DNA from: Chromatiales bacterium
GTDB lineage: Bacteria; Pseudomonadota; Gammaproteobacteria; Steroidobacterales; Woeseiaceae
Reading direction: 5' to 3'
Length of the DNA: 64,000 nucleotides
Assembly (NCBI GenBank): GCA_024679535.1
Contig: JAIBDF010000001.1
Location: 21,748 to 85,747, forward strand
The notes under the pieces were generated by a model that did no database searches, had not been told where the DNA came from, and saw nothing but the letters and a program-made list of their open reading frames with translations. Positions 33,206 through 43,206 of the stretch are shown here, one piece after another (position 1 is the first letter of the stretch; every line of letters starts with the position of its first letter). The translations under genes and the position numbers were made by a program.

Positions 33206-34252
33206 ATGTCGCTAGGACCCGTGATGCTTGACATAGAAGGGCTGTCTCTCAGCCCGGCTGACCGCGACCTGCTGCGGGAGCCCGCTGTGGGCGGTGTCAT
33301 TTTGTTTACGCGTAACTACGAGTCTCCGGAACAGATCGCCGACCTGGTCGGCGAGATTCGCGCCTTGCGGAGTCCGCCGTTGTTAGTCGCTGTCGACCAT
33401 GAGGGCGGACGCGTCCAGCGCTTTCGCGATGGGTTCACTGCTATCCCGCCGATGCGTTTTATTGGCCGCGAGTTCGATCGCAATCCGGAGTCCGGGCTGC
33501 AGGCAGCGCGCGAGGCTGGCTGGATGATCGCGTCGGAGCTGCGTGCCGTCGGCGTCGACCTGTGTTTCGCGCCCTGTGTCGATCTTGACTGGGGCATCAG
33601 CGAGATTATTGGGAACAGGTCGTTTCATCGCAAGGCAGATGCGGTCGCCGATCTGTCGAATGCATTTGCCCGAGGACTCCGTAGCGCTGGCATGGCGGCG
33701 GTCGCAAAACACTTCCCCGGTCACGGCGCCGTAATTGCGGACTCACATTTGAAGCTCCCGGTCGATCGCAGAGACTATGGCGTGGTGTTGGACGACATGC
33801 GCCCTTACGAACGGCTAGTCAATAATGGTGCTATCGCCGGGGTCATGCTCGCGCATATCGTCTACGAGCAGATCGACGCAAAACCGGCTGGCTTCTCCGA
33901 GTACTGGATTCAGCGCGAGCTACGTACACGCCTTGGATTTGGCGGTGCAGTTTTTTGTGACGATCTGAGCATGAAGGCAACGCGGGACTATGGCCCGATG
34001 GCGGAACGTGGACGCCTGGCGCTCGCCGCTGGTTGTGACATGATACTTGTCTGCAACGACCGTGATGCGGCGCACGAAGCCGTAGACGCACTCAGTGACT
34101 ACTCCAATCCCCTGTCGCTTGTGCGGCTCGCGCGCTTACATGGCACAGGGCACCCATTGCGCGAGACCTTGATGGCGAGCGAGGAGTGGCGGTCAGTCAA
34201 TGAACGTTTCGCTCATTGGAGCGACCGCCCCGAATTTCACCTGGACGCTTAG
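33206..34252 (+). CDS. nagZ: Beta-N-acetylglucosaminidase (GH3)
   Basis: VDHEGGRVQRFR and KHFPGHG....DSH motifs. Confidence 0.95.
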   Translation: MSLGPVMLDIEGLSLSPADRDLLREPAVGGVILFTRNYESPEQIADLVGEIRALRSPPLLVAVDHEGGRVQRFRDGFTAIPPMRFIGREFDRNPESGLQAAREAGWMIASELRAVGVDLCFAPCVDLDWGISEIIGNRSFHRKADAVADLSNAFARGLRSAGMAAVAKHFPGHGAVIADSHLKLPVDRRDYGVVLDDMRPYERLVNNGAIAGVMLAHIVYEQIDAKPAGFSEYWIQRELRTRLGFGGAVFCDDLSMKATRDYGPMAERGRLALAAGCDMILVCNDRDAAHEAVDALSDYSNPLSLVRLARLHGTGHPLRETLMASEEWRSVNERFAHWSDRPEFHLDA

Positions 34253-34261
34253 AGGCGATAG

Positions 34262-34996
34262 ATGTCGATAACCTATGGACTCATTATCGGTAGCGGCTGG
34301 GGTCATCTCCCGGGCGAGGATGCGGGCACTGACGTGGGGACGGCCTATGGCAAACCGTCTGCCCCGGTCCACCGGCTCGAGTTCGGCCAGATGCGGGTGC
34401 TGACGCTTGCCCGCCATGGGGAAGGTCATTCGCTGCCGCCACATGTCATCAACTACCGCGCCAACATCGTTGCGTTGAAAATGCTCGGCGCGGATGCGGT
34501 AATCGGGCTGAATACCGTGGGTGTTGTCACAAGTCTTCGTGAGCCGGGACAGATTGCGATTCCAGACCAGCTACTCGACTACACCTGGGGACGGGAACAC
34601 ACCATCTACGATGGACGGCGCGGGAGGGTTGAACATATTGATTTCACGGAGCCATTCTCGGTCGGTCTGCGTCGTGCGCTGGCAGCAGCGGCGGGCAAGG
34701 CCGACATCGATTGCTATGCGGGCGGAGTGTATGCGACCACCCAGGGTCCGCGGCTCGAGACTGCGGCGGAAGTCGACCGCCTGGAGCGCGATGGCGCTGA
34801 TTACATCGGGATGACGGCCATGCCGGAAGCGGCAATTGCCAGGGAGGTCGGTGTTGACTATGCATGTATAGCAATGATCGTCAATCGTGCTGCAGGTCGT
34901 GGTGACGTACCTATTCACGACGATGTCGAGGCGAACACGCGCGCTGCAAAAAGTGCGACGATGTCGCTACTAAAAGCCTTCTTCGAAGCGGTATGA
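34262..34996 (+). CDS. S-methyl-5'-thioinosine/thioadenosine phosphorylase
   Basis: RHGEGH..PPH.INYRANI, QGPRLETAAE and GMTAMPEA motifs. Confidence 0.9.
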   Translation: MSITYGLIIGSGWGHLPGEDAGTDVGTAYGKPSAPVHRLEFGQMRVLTLARHGEGHSLPPHVINYRANIVALKMLGADAVIGLNTVGVVTSLREPGQIAIPDQLLDYTWGREHTIYDGRRGRVEHIDFTEPFSVGLRRALAAAAGKADIDCYAGGVYATTQGPRLETAAEVDRLERDGADYIGMTAMPEAAIAREVGVDYACIAMIVNRAAGRGDVPIHDDVEANTRAAKSATMSLLKAFFEAV

Positions 34997-35005
34997 TGCC
35001 TGACG

Positions 35006-35890
35006 ATGAAACTCGTTAAGCGCGATATTCTCGAACAGGTTCTGGCCAGCACGACGGAGCCCTTACTGATCGTTAACGTCGGCCAGGCTGACTGGCCCGT
35101 CGCATTCGCCAATTCGGCATTTTCACCAATCGGTGGAGATGATGTGGCTGGCAAACCGTTCGCAGACGTCATCGAGGAGATCGCAGGTCGGGAGCTCGCT
35201 CTTGAGGTCAGCGAAACCGTACGTTCTGGCCAGGAAACCAGCTTCCCGGTCGAATTCCGCAGCCGCGAATACCTGCTTGTTCTGAAGCCGTTGCTGCTGA
35301 GCGGCGACAAGACCGTTCGCAATTACGCCGCATACTGGCGCAGTAGTAACAGTTCGACCACGGCTGATGGCGCCGAGATGCACCACGCCTTGCTTAAGGC
35401 GAAACGCCGCATTCGCGATCTTTCCCGCGATGACCCGATCACCGGACTGCTCAACGGAGGGGCGTTTCGCGAGGTCTTTGAACACGACTGGGCGGTCGCG
35501 GCGCGTGACAAAGGCCGTTTGTCGGTGGTTGTGTTCAGACTCAACGAGTTCGATGCCTACATCGAAGTATTCGGACGCCATGCTGCTGACTCCTGCCTGC
35601 GCAGGGTAGGGAGTGCGATCCGCCGCTGCCTGAGACGCGCAAGCGATGTCGTAGCCCGGCCGGATGGTGCTTGCTTCGTAGCGCTGTCACACGCGTCTGA
35701 CGAGCACGGTGTGCGTGAATTTGCGGCCCGGATATCCGCCGCTGTGCGCGAGCTCGGGCTTCACCACCCGCGGTCAGGTTCGTCGAAGTTTGTTACGGTG
35801 AACTTCGAGGTTGCGGTCGCCGATACGGCGAACGAGAAGTGCGGTGCAGCGGATTTCCTGGATACGCTACTCGGAACCGTACCCGAGTAG
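35006..35890 (+). CDS. PAS plus degenerate GGDEF domain protein
   Basis: N-terminal PAS-like segment (FANSAF); D.ITGLLN start of a GGDEF domain; active site reads DGACF; RASD I-site retained. Confidence 0.8.
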   Translation: MKLVKRDILEQVLASTTEPLLIVNVGQADWPVAFANSAFSPIGGDDVAGKPFADVIEEIAGRELALEVSETVRSGQETSFPVEFRSREYLLVLKPLLLSGDKTVRNYAAYWRSSNSSTTADGAEMHHALLKAKRRIRDLSRDDPITGLLNGGAFREVFEHDWAVAARDKGRLSVVVFRLNEFDAYIEVFGRHAADSCLRRVGSAIRRCLRRASDVVARPDGACFVALSHASDEHGVREFAARISAAVRELGLHHPRSGSSKFVTVNFEVAVADTANEKCGAADFLDTLLGTVPE

Positions 35891-36646
35891 TTCGCCATCC
35901 CCGGTCTCTGCCTCTTCCTTTTCAACGCGCGTGACTTTGGCCAGCAATCCGAACTTCGGGTGATCGTAATAGCGTAGCTCGCCATTCTTGAGGATGCGAT
36001 TTTCCTGGATGCGGTAGTAGGCGGGCAGCTCTCCTGGCTGGGCCTCCATGCTATCGAACACGTCGCTGACCGTCACGTCGCCAAGCTGTTCGACGTTGTC
36101 CTGATCGATCACCATGAGATCTGTCGCTTCCATCTGGAGATCGACCACGAGGTGCAGATAACGGCTAAGGTAAAGGGTTAATTCGCCATCCAGCCCAGCG
36201 GGCGGCCGTGCCAGCCGGTGCAGTGGGATAGCCTCGGTTTGTTCGTCCGGCCAGGTTGCCTGAGTCCAGCCGAAATGCATGATGGGTTCATAGATGTCCA
36301 GCCGTTTCAGGCGGTCCATCATCTCACCAAGCTGGAAGTTCGCCTCGTCGAGCATGACCAGTTCTATATCGGGAAGGGGTTCGAGCTCTTCCACGATTGC
36401 CTCGGGCAGCTCTTCAACAAACTCGATATCTTCCTCAAGCGGTGGTAATTCGGGCTCGGGTTCGTCGCGCGGAAAGATCTCCCGCCCGGTCATAACTTCC
36501 TGGGCGTAGCGGAAGACAATCACCTCCACCGTGTAGCGGCGAATCTCCGGCACTTCTTCCAATTCAATATCGCCAAGCATCTCCTGCGCCATAGCGGGCA
36601 GAAACATAGCCAGGGACAGCAGGCTGATTGTCAACTTACGCATCAC
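35867..36646 (-). CDS. CsiV-like periplasmic peptidoglycan-associated protein
   Basis: Signal peptide, YTVEVIVF, H.GW.Q, RYLHL and ELRYYDHPKFGLL motifs; downstream of mfd. Confidence 0.8.
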   Translation of the reverse strand: MMRKLTISLLSLAMFLPAMAQEMLGDIELEEVPEIRRYTVEVIVFRYAQEVMTGREIFPRDEPEPELPPLEEDIEFVEELPEAIVEELEPLPDIELVMLDEANFQLGEMMDRLKRLDIYEPIMHFGWTQATWPDEQTEAIPLHRLARPPAGLDGELTLYLSRYLHLVVDLQMEATDLMVIDQDNVEQLGDVTVSDVFDSMEAQPGELPAYYRIQENRILKNGELRYYDHPKFGLLAKVTRVEKEEAETGDGELLGYGSE

Positions 36647-39600
36647 TATCTTCTTTGACCATAAGACGGGTTAACAGGTTCTCGATTGTAACGAATCGCT
36701 TCTCGAGATCACCCAGATCGTCCTTTATCTGGAGCCGATGGGAGCCCTGCAAACGGTATCGATTGCTGTCATTTTGCACTAATTGGATGAGTGCCACAGG
36801 GTCAATGCGGCTGTCCTGGCCGAAAATCAGGTAGCCACCGCGATCTGCGGCGTCGATCTTCTCAATTCCGGCACGGGTGGCGAGCCTCTTGAGGGCCGTT
36901 ATACGCATGAGATTCCTGGCGCTGTCCGGGAGCAGGCCAAAGCGATCGATCAGCTCGACCTGTAACTCGCGCAGTTCTTCAGCCGTTTCAGCGGCCGAGA
37001 TTCGCTTGTAGAGAATGAGCCGCAGGTGCACATCCGGCACGTAGTCGTCGGGCAACAACGCGGGAACATGCAGGTTGATTTCCACCCCGGCATGCAATGG
37101 CGCTTCGAGGTCAGGCTCATTACCGGCACGCAGCGAATCCACGGCCCGACCCAGCAGTTCGGTGTACAGCGAAAATCCGATCTCCTGGATCTGGCCGCTC
37201 TGTGTGTCGCCGAGCAGTTCGCCGGCACCGCGAATCTCGAGATCGTGGGTGGCGAGCGTGAATCCGGAACCGAGATCCTCCAGCGAGTCGATGGCTTCGA
37301 GCCGCTTGATGGCATCGGCTGTCATCACGGCTTTCGGAGGAGCCACCAGGTACGCGTAGGCGCGGTGATGTGAGCGCCCGACGCGGCCGCGCAGCTGGTG
37401 CAGCTGCGCCAGGCCAAAGCGGTCGGCCCGATTGATGATGATGGTGTTGGCAGTTGGCACATCAATACCACTCTCGACAATCGTCGTGCAAAGCAGCACG
37501 TTGAAGCGCCGGTGATAGAAGTCGAGCATCACTTGTTCGAGTTCACGTTCAGGCATCTGACCGTGGCCGATACGTATGGTGGCTTCGGGAACGAGTTTTT
37601 CGAGCTGCTGTTCTATGCGACCGATGTCTTCCACACGGTTGTGAATGAAATACACCTGGCCGCCGCGTTTGATTTCGCGCAGGCAGGCTTCGCGTATCAC
37701 GACATCATTCCACTCCGAAACAAACGTCTTGACCGCAAGGCGCTCGGCCGGTGGCGTCGTTATCAGGGACATTTCGCGGAGACCGCCCAGGGCCATATTC
37801 AACGTTCTTGGGATCGGCGTCGCGGTCAGCGTCAGGATATCGATTTCGCTGCGCAGCGACTTGATGGCTTCCTTGTGGCGAACACCGAAGCGGTGTTCTT
37901 CGTCGACGATAATAAGCCCAACATCGTGGAAGTCCTTCGTGTGTTGCAGAAGTTTGTGCGTGCCGATCACGACATCGACCGTCCCTGAACGTAAGCCGGC
38001 AACGATTTCCCTGACCTCCTTGGCGGACTGGAAACGGGACAGGACCTCAACGCGAATTGGCCAGTCCGCGAAACGGTCCCGGAAATTCTGGCCGTGCTGC
38101 TGGGCGAGCAGGGTTGTTGGCACAAGCACAGCAACCTGCTTGCCACCGTGTACGGCGGCGAATGTTGCCCGCAGCGCTACTTCGGTCTTGCCGAAGCCAA
38201 CGTCGCCGCAGACAACGCGGTCCATTGGCTGGTCGCTGCCGAGGTCTTTGAGGACATCGTCGATCGTGTGTGCCTGGTCTTCGGTGAGTTCGAACGGAAA
38301 CCCCGATTCGAAAGTGCGGTAGTCCGATTCGGGCCAGTGGAACGAGTGCCCCGGGCGGGCGGCGCGTCGCGCGTAGACATCGAGCAGTTCTGCAGCGACG
38401 TCGCGGATCTTTTTGATCGCACGACGTTTCGCTTTTGCCCATTGGTCGCTGCCGAGGCGATGCAACGGTGCGTGATCGGGTGACGCACCGGTATATCGAG
38501 AGATCAGGTCCAGTGCGTGCACAGGGACGTACAGCTTGTCCTTGTCCGCGTACTCGAGATGCAAGAACTCAGCCGTAATACCGCCTGCTTCAAGCGTTGT
38601 CAGCCCCAGGTAGCGACCAACACCATATTCCTCATGTACCACCGGGGAACCGGGTTCGAGATCGTTGAGCTGCCGAATGATTGTTTCAGGATCGCGGTCG
38701 CTCCTGCGGCGGCGCTTGCGTGTGTGGGTGCGTTCACCGAACAGCTGCTGTTCGCTGATGACGGCGACTTTTGCGCCCGGCAGCAGCACGCCGTCGTCGA
38801 CCGGGGCCACTGCAACGCCGATGCGGTGTGCGTCGTCCCTGAACTCCTGCCACGTCTCGATGCGCACAAGGTCGAGGCCGCGCCCCGATATCATGTCGTA
38901 CAATTGTTCCCGACGACCTGGCGAATCTGTCGAAAACAGGACCCGGCCGTCGAAATCGCCGAGGAACCGCATCAGCGCGGCGGCGGCGTCCTCGTAGCGC
39001 GCCTCAATCTTCATCGCCGGCGGCATGCGCGTATTGAGGTTCAGGCTGCGGCTGGACTCAGCGAGGGACTGAGTGGCATAGCGAATGCACGAAAATGACG
39101 CCAGACGTTCAGGAATGGTCGCGGGAGCGATAAAGGTCTCGTCCACGCTCAGAATCGGACGTTCGCGATCCAGACTGCAAAGCTCGTAGCGTTCCCGCGC
39201 CTCGACCCAGAATTGTTCCAGCAAAGCATCAAGACCACTCGGGGCCAGGACGATGCAGTCGGTGGGCAGGAAGTCGGGCAGGGAGGCTGTCGACTCAAAG
39301 AAAAGGGGCAGGTAGTACTCGATGCCGCCGTGCGCAATACCCTCGGAGATCTCTTTATAAACGCGAGATTTACCGGGTTGACCTTCGAATCGCTCCCGGT
39401 AACGGTCACGAAACTGGCGAATTGCATCGGCATCGAGTGGTACTTCCCGCGCTGGCAGAATGTCGACCTCAGTGGTGCGCTCGCCCGACAACTGTGTCTC
39501 GGCCGAGAAATAGCGCAGCGACTCGATATCGTCAGCGAAGAAATCGATACGCACCGGCGCCGTCGCGCCCATTGGGAATACGTCGATGAGTGAGCCGCGT

Positions 39601-40106
39601 ACGGCGAACTCGCCGTGCTCGGATACCTGTGGTACGCGCAGGTAGCCGGAGTCGACCAGTGAGTTTGTAAAAGACGAGCGCGGCAGCTCCTGTCCCTCGC
39701 GCAGCGACAGGGACCTTGCGGCCACATAATCAACGGGCGGCAGCCGCTGCTGCAAAACCGTTGCTGCGACGATAAGGATGCCCCTTTGCATCGACGGCAG
39801 TGCCGCCAGCACGCGCAGGCGCTGCGAAATGATGTCCTGATGCGGCGAGAAGCTGTCCCACGGCAGCGTTTCCCATTCCACGAAATGCTCGAGGGGGAAG
39901 TCGCTGCCGGCAAAGAAGCGTATCTCGGTCTCGAGCTGGTCAGCGTGACGTGGGTCTTCCGCCATAACGACGACAGGCCTGTCCACTCGCTGCGCCAGTT
40001 CCGCAGCCGCAAGCGCCAGGCTCGCGCCGATCAGGCGGCCCCACGCAAACGGGGTGCCGGGCATGGGCGGGCTCAATTTGGCGGGTAGAAGTAATGGCGT
40101 TGTCAC
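36636..40106 (-). CDS. mfd: Transcription-repair coupling factor
   Basis: GDVGFGKTEVA, DEEH, TATPIPRT, QLRGRVGR and DLEIRGAGELLG motifs. Confidence 0.98.
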   Translation of the reverse strand: MTTPLLLPAKLSPPMPGTPFAWGRLIGASLALAAAELAQRVDRPVVVMAEDPRHADQLETEIRFFAGSDFPLEHFVEWETLPWDSFSPHQDIISQRLRVLAALPSMQRGILIVAATVLQQRLPPVDYVAARSLSLREGQELPRSSFTNSLVDSGYLRVPQVSEHGEFAVRGSLIDVFPMGATAPVRIDFFADDIESLRYFSAETQLSGERTTEVDILPAREVPLDADAIRQFRDRYRERFEGQPGKSRVYKEISEGIAHGGIEYYLPLFFESTASLPDFLPTDCIVLAPSGLDALLEQFWVEARERYELCSLDRERPILSVDETFIAPATIPERLASFSCIRYATQSLAESSRSLNLNTRMPPAMKIEARYEDAAAALMRFLGDFDGRVLFSTDSPGRREQLYDMISGRGLDLVRIETWQEFRDDAHRIGVAVAPVDDGVLLPGAKVAVISEQQLFGERTHTRKRRRRSDRDPETIIRQLNDLEPGSPVVHEEYGVGRYLGLTTLEAGGITAEFLHLEYADKDKLYVPVHALDLISRYTGASPDHAPLHRLGSDQWAKAKRRAIKKIRDVAAELLDVYARRAARPGHSFHWPESDYRTFESGFPFELTEDQAHTIDDVLKDLGSDQPMDRVVCGDVGFGKTEVALRATFAAVHGGKQVAVLVPTTLLAQQHGQNFRDRFADWPIRVEVLSRFQSAKEVREIVAGLRSGTVDVVIGTHKLLQHTKDFHDVGLIIVDEEHRFGVRHKEAIKSLRSEIDILTLTATPIPRTLNMALGGLREMSLITTPPAERLAVKTFVSEWNDVVIREACLREIKRGGQVYFIHNRVEDIGRIEQQLEKLVPEATIRIGHGQMPERELEQVMLDFYHRRFNVLLCTTIVESGIDVPTANTIIINRADRFGLAQLHQLRGRVGRSHHRAYAYLVAPPKAVMTADAIKRLEAIDSLEDLGSGFTLATHDLEIRGAGELLGDTQSGQIQEIGFSLYTELLGRAVDSLRAGNEPDLEAPLHAGVEINLHVPALLPDDYVPDVHLRLILYKRISAAETAEELRELQVELIDRFGLLPDSARNLMRITALKRLATRAGIEKIDAADRGGYLIFGQDSRIDPVALIQLVQNDSNRYRLQGSHRLQIKDDLGDLEKRFVTIENLLTRLMVKEDSDA

Positions 40107-40187
40107 GGGTTCGCTCAGCAGAACTTGCAGAATTTGGGGCCGCGATTATTACACAATGCACAACGTCGCTCTCGCACATCCTAATAG

Positions 40188-40265
40188 TTGATTCGGGCCC
40201 TGCGGCCGTCAGCCCTGCGAGCCAACGCGTTCGCGTTGTCCTAAATCGCCTGTGCGGTCTTGTCG
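40188..40265. repeat. Degenerate multi-hairpin intergenic element (REP/rtT-like)
   Basis: TTGATTCG...GCCCTGCG..CAACGCG-TT-CGCGTTG-TCC..AAATCGC...TTGTCG; the perfect inverted repeat at 40223-40238 is directly visible. The family call is from recalled similarity only. Confidence 0.4.
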
Positions 40266-40286
40266 TGGTCTAAATGCCTTCGACAC

Positions 40287-40321
40287 AAAAAAGCCCGGGT
40301 CGATGCCGACCCGGGCTCTTT
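40287..40321 (-). terminator. Rho-independent terminator for the 40341-40616 gene
   Basis: 10-bp stem GCCCGGGTCG / CGACCCGGGC with an ATGC loop; A6 on the left gives a U6 tail on the minus strand, and TCTTT on the right suggests it may be bidirectional. Confidence 0.9.
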
Positions 40322-40340
40322 CGAAATACTGTCTTAAGGC

Positions 40341-40616
40341 TTAGCGCTTCAGGACGGCGTGAATGACTTTGTCATGCTCGAAGAATACGACGAAATTCGT
40401 GTATTCCCAGCGTGTAATCGGCGGGTCGCCCACCGGTGCCCTGACCGAAGCCGGGCTGCCGTACTTCGCTTCAACGCGGGCCTGAGTCATGCCGCGGCTT
40501 GGGCGTCCGTCATCGGACATGGCCGATGCACCGTCCATTTTCAGCGTGTCGGCACTCGCCGTGCCCATTGCGGCGAACAGCAAAGCGATCAGTGTCATCG
40601 TACGCAATTTGGCCAT
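40341..40616 (-). CDS. Small exported protein (BamE/SmpA-like fold suspected)
   Basis: Sec signal (ASA-D) and P.RGMTQARVEAKYGSP...VGDPPITRWEY..FVVFFE; GGAG RBS and TGcTATAGT extended -10 upstream. Confidence 0.78.
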   Translation of the reverse strand: MAKLRTMTLIALLFAAMGTASADTLKMDGASAMSDDGRPSRGMTQARVEAKYGSPASVRAPVGDPPITRWEYTNFVVFFEHDKVIHAVLKR

Positions 40617-40710
40617 GGTCCTACTCCGCGTTATGTCTATCTTGGTGGTCCTGCGACTATAGCATCGCAACGCGGGATGAGACATGCGAACTGTGTCACA
40701 ATGCGGCCCA

Positions 40711-41955
40711 ATGCTGAATCCAGTCGAACTCTTTGTCGGGCTGCGCTACCTGAGGGCCAAGCGGCGCACCCGTTTCGTGTCTTTTATCACACTGATTTCC
40801 CTCCTCGGAATAGCGCTTGGCGTTGCCGCGCTGATCGTGATCCTGTCCGTCATGAATGGTTTCGAGGGAGAGCTCCGGAATCGACTGTTGAGCATGTCGG
40901 CTCACGGGACAGTAAGTGGCAGCGACGGTCCGGTTCTCGAGTGGCAGTCGCTCGTCGATGCTGTCGGCGCGGAAGAGGGCGTCGCTGCTGCAGCCCCGTT
41001 TGTGCAGGTCGAAGGCATGATCCAGTCGGGAAGGGACCTGCTGGGTGTCATGGTGCACGGCGTAGATCCTGCCTGGGAGGACACGCTGTCCGGCGACATG
41101 ATGAACATGGTGGAGGGCAGCCTCGACATACTGGAACCAGGTGCTCGAGGCATTATTCTCGGGCGTATCCTGGCGTACAACCTGAATGCCAGAATTGGCG
41201 ATGGTGTGGTGTTGCTGGTACCACGACCGGTTGGCGATGGCACGCTCGAACCGGTCCTTGAACGATTTGTTCTGCGTGGTGTATTCGAGGCAGGTCTCGC
41301 GGATCATGACAGTGTGCTGGCGCTCGTGCATACGAGCGATGCAGCAAGCATTCTCGACATCGACGGCGCCGTAACAGCCGTGCGTTTTCGTGCTGACGAT
41401 GTTATGGCCGCACCGGCGATTGCGGCGTCATTGCAGCGGCGCCTTGGGGACGCGGTGACGATCAGTGACTGGACCGTGGAGAACGGAAGTTACTTTCGCG
41501 CCATTCGTATTGAAAAGATGATGATGTCTCTGATCCTGTCGCTGATTATCGGTGTGGCGGCGTTTAATATCGTCGCCAGCCTTGTCATGGTCGTCACCGA
41601 TAAGACAACCGATATCGCCGTACTTCGTACCTTGGGCATGGGTCCTAACGGCGTCGTGCGCGTCTTCTTTGTCCAGGGTGCGCTTATCGGGTGGGCGGGA
41701 GTGTTGATCGGTGTGACGCTGGGGGTTGTCCTCGCGATTTATGTTCCCGTGGTTGCGCCGTTTCTCGAACAGTTGTTTGGCTTCCAGATCATGCCCGGCG
41801 ATGTTTACTACGTGTCGCGAATTCCGTCCGAGCTTGAGTGGCAGGATGTGACCGTGATCGCGATTGCCGCATTCGTTCTCACGTCACTTGCGACCCTGTA
41901 TCCGGCACGCCGTGCTGCGCTGGTGAATCCCGCTGAAGCACTGCGGTACGAATAG
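40711..41955 (+). CDS. lolC: Lipoprotein-releasing ABC permease (LolC/E family), copy 1
   Basis: GLRYLRAKRR.RFVSFI, SVMNGFE, VAAFNIVASLVMVV.DK and PAEALRYE motifs. Confidence 0.88.
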   Translation: MLNPVELFVGLRYLRAKRRTRFVSFITLISLLGIALGVAALIVILSVMNGFEGELRNRLLSMSAHGTVSGSDGPVLEWQSLVDAVGAEEGVAAAAPFVQVEGMIQSGRDLLGVMVHGVDPAWEDTLSGDMMNMVEGSLDILEPGARGIILGRILAYNLNARIGDGVVLLVPRPVGDGTLEPVLERFVLRGVFEAGLADHDSVLALVHTSDAASILDIDGAVTAVRFRADDVMAAPAIAASLQRRLGDAVTISDWTVENGSYFRAIRIEKMMMSLILSLIIGVAAFNIVASLVMVVTDKTTDIAVLRTLGMGPNGVVRVFFVQGALIGWAGVLIGVTLGVVLAIYVPVVAPFLEQLFGFQIMPGDVYYVSRIPSELEWQDVTVIAIAAFVLTSLATLYPARRAALVNPAEALRYE

Positions 41956-41958
41956 TTG

Positions 41959-43206
41959 ATGAACGGACTATTTGAAATGTGGATCGGCAGCCGCTACGTG
42001 CGTGCGCGCAGCCGCAACAGTTTCGTGTCGCTGATCTCGGCTATTTCAATGCTTGGCATTGCGATTGCCGTTCTCGTTCTGATCGTTGTGATGTCGGTTG
42101 TGAACGGTTTTGAACGGGAACTCAAGGATCGCCTTCTCGCGATGACCGCGCACGCCAGCATTGAAGAAGTCGATGGCAATCTGGCGGATGCAGAAATCCT
42201 GCGCGACGTCGCACTCGAAAATGCCCGTGTCAGTGCGGCGGCGCCCTACATCGACGGCAAGGCTTTGCTGGTTGCTGGCAAACAGTTGAGTGGCGCCGAG
42301 CTGCGCGGCATCGAGCCCAGACTCGAAGATACAGTGTCTGGAATTTCCGGTGTCATGCAGGACGGTTCTCTTGATGCCCTCCAGGCCGGTACGTTCAAAA
42401 TCGTGCTGGGTATAGAACTCGCTGAGGAGTTACAGGTTGCGGTGGGGGACAAAGTCACGGTGACGTTGGCGCAGGGCATGGTCACACCGGCCGGTGTCAT
42501 ACCCAGGACAAAGCGTTTTACCGTCAGCGGTATTTACCGGGTGGGGATGTACGAGTTCGACCGGCGGCTTGCGTTTATCAGTCTCGGTGACGCGCAACGC
42601 CTGTATCGCAAGAAGAATACCGTGACCGGCGTGCGTCTGGCCGTGACGGAGATCTACGCGGCGCCCGATATTGTCCGTGAAGTGGCTCGCGAGTATGGGG
42701 AACTGGTTCTTGTCAATGACTGGACCCGCCGTCATGTGAATTTCTTTCGATCAATTCAGATAACGAAATCGATCCTCTTCGTCATCCTGCTTATGGTTAT
42801 CGCCGTAGCGGCATTCAACATCGTGTCGACACTGGTCATGGTTGTGAAGGACAAGCAGAGCGACATCGCAATCCTGCGCACGATCGGCACGACGCCATCC
42901 AGTATTCTCAGGATTTTCATTACGCAGGGCAGCATCGTCGGTATTACGGGGACCTTGCTCGGTGTTGTTGGCGGTGTTGTTATTGCGCTGAATCTCGAAT
43001 CGATCGTCGGCTTCTTTGAAACGATATTCGGTATCAAGTTTCTGGCCGCCGATGTCTATTTCATCAGTGACCTGCCATCAGAACTGAAGGTTGGCGATGT
43101 CGTACGTATCGCGCTAATAGCGCTCGTGCTTGCGCTGGTTTCCACTTTGTATCCTGCCTGGGTCGCTGCGCGAACAGCCCCGGCGGAGGCCCTGAGATAT
43201 GACTAA
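41959..43206 (+). CDS. lolE: Lipoprotein-releasing ABC permease (LolC/E family), copy 2
   Basis: Same family motifs: [32 protein letters not shown]. Confidence 0.88.
   Translation: MNGLFEMWIGSRYVRARSRNSFVSLISAISMLGIAIAVLVLIVVMSVVNGFERELKDRLLAMTAHASIEEVDGNLADAEILRDVALENARVSAAAPYIDGKALLVAGKQLSGAELRGIEPRLEDTVSGISGVMQDGSLDALQAGTFKIVLGIELAEELQVAVGDKVTVTLAQGMVTPAGVIPRTKRFTVSGIYRVGMYEFDRRLAFISLGDAQRLYRKKNTVTGVRLAVTEIYAAPDIVREVAREYGELVLVNDWTRRHVNFFRSIQITKSILFVILLMVIAVAAFNIVSTLVMVVKDKQSDIAILRTIGTTPSSILRIFITQGSIVGITGTLLGVVGGVVIALNLESIVGFFETIFGIKFLAADVYFISDLPSELKVGDVVRIALIALVLALVSTLYPAWVAARTAPAEALRYD

Noticed and set aside
40359..41261. 300-aa plus-strand ORF overlapping lolC and the small exported gene
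   Set aside because: Arg/Gly/Cys-rich off-frame translation of real genes.
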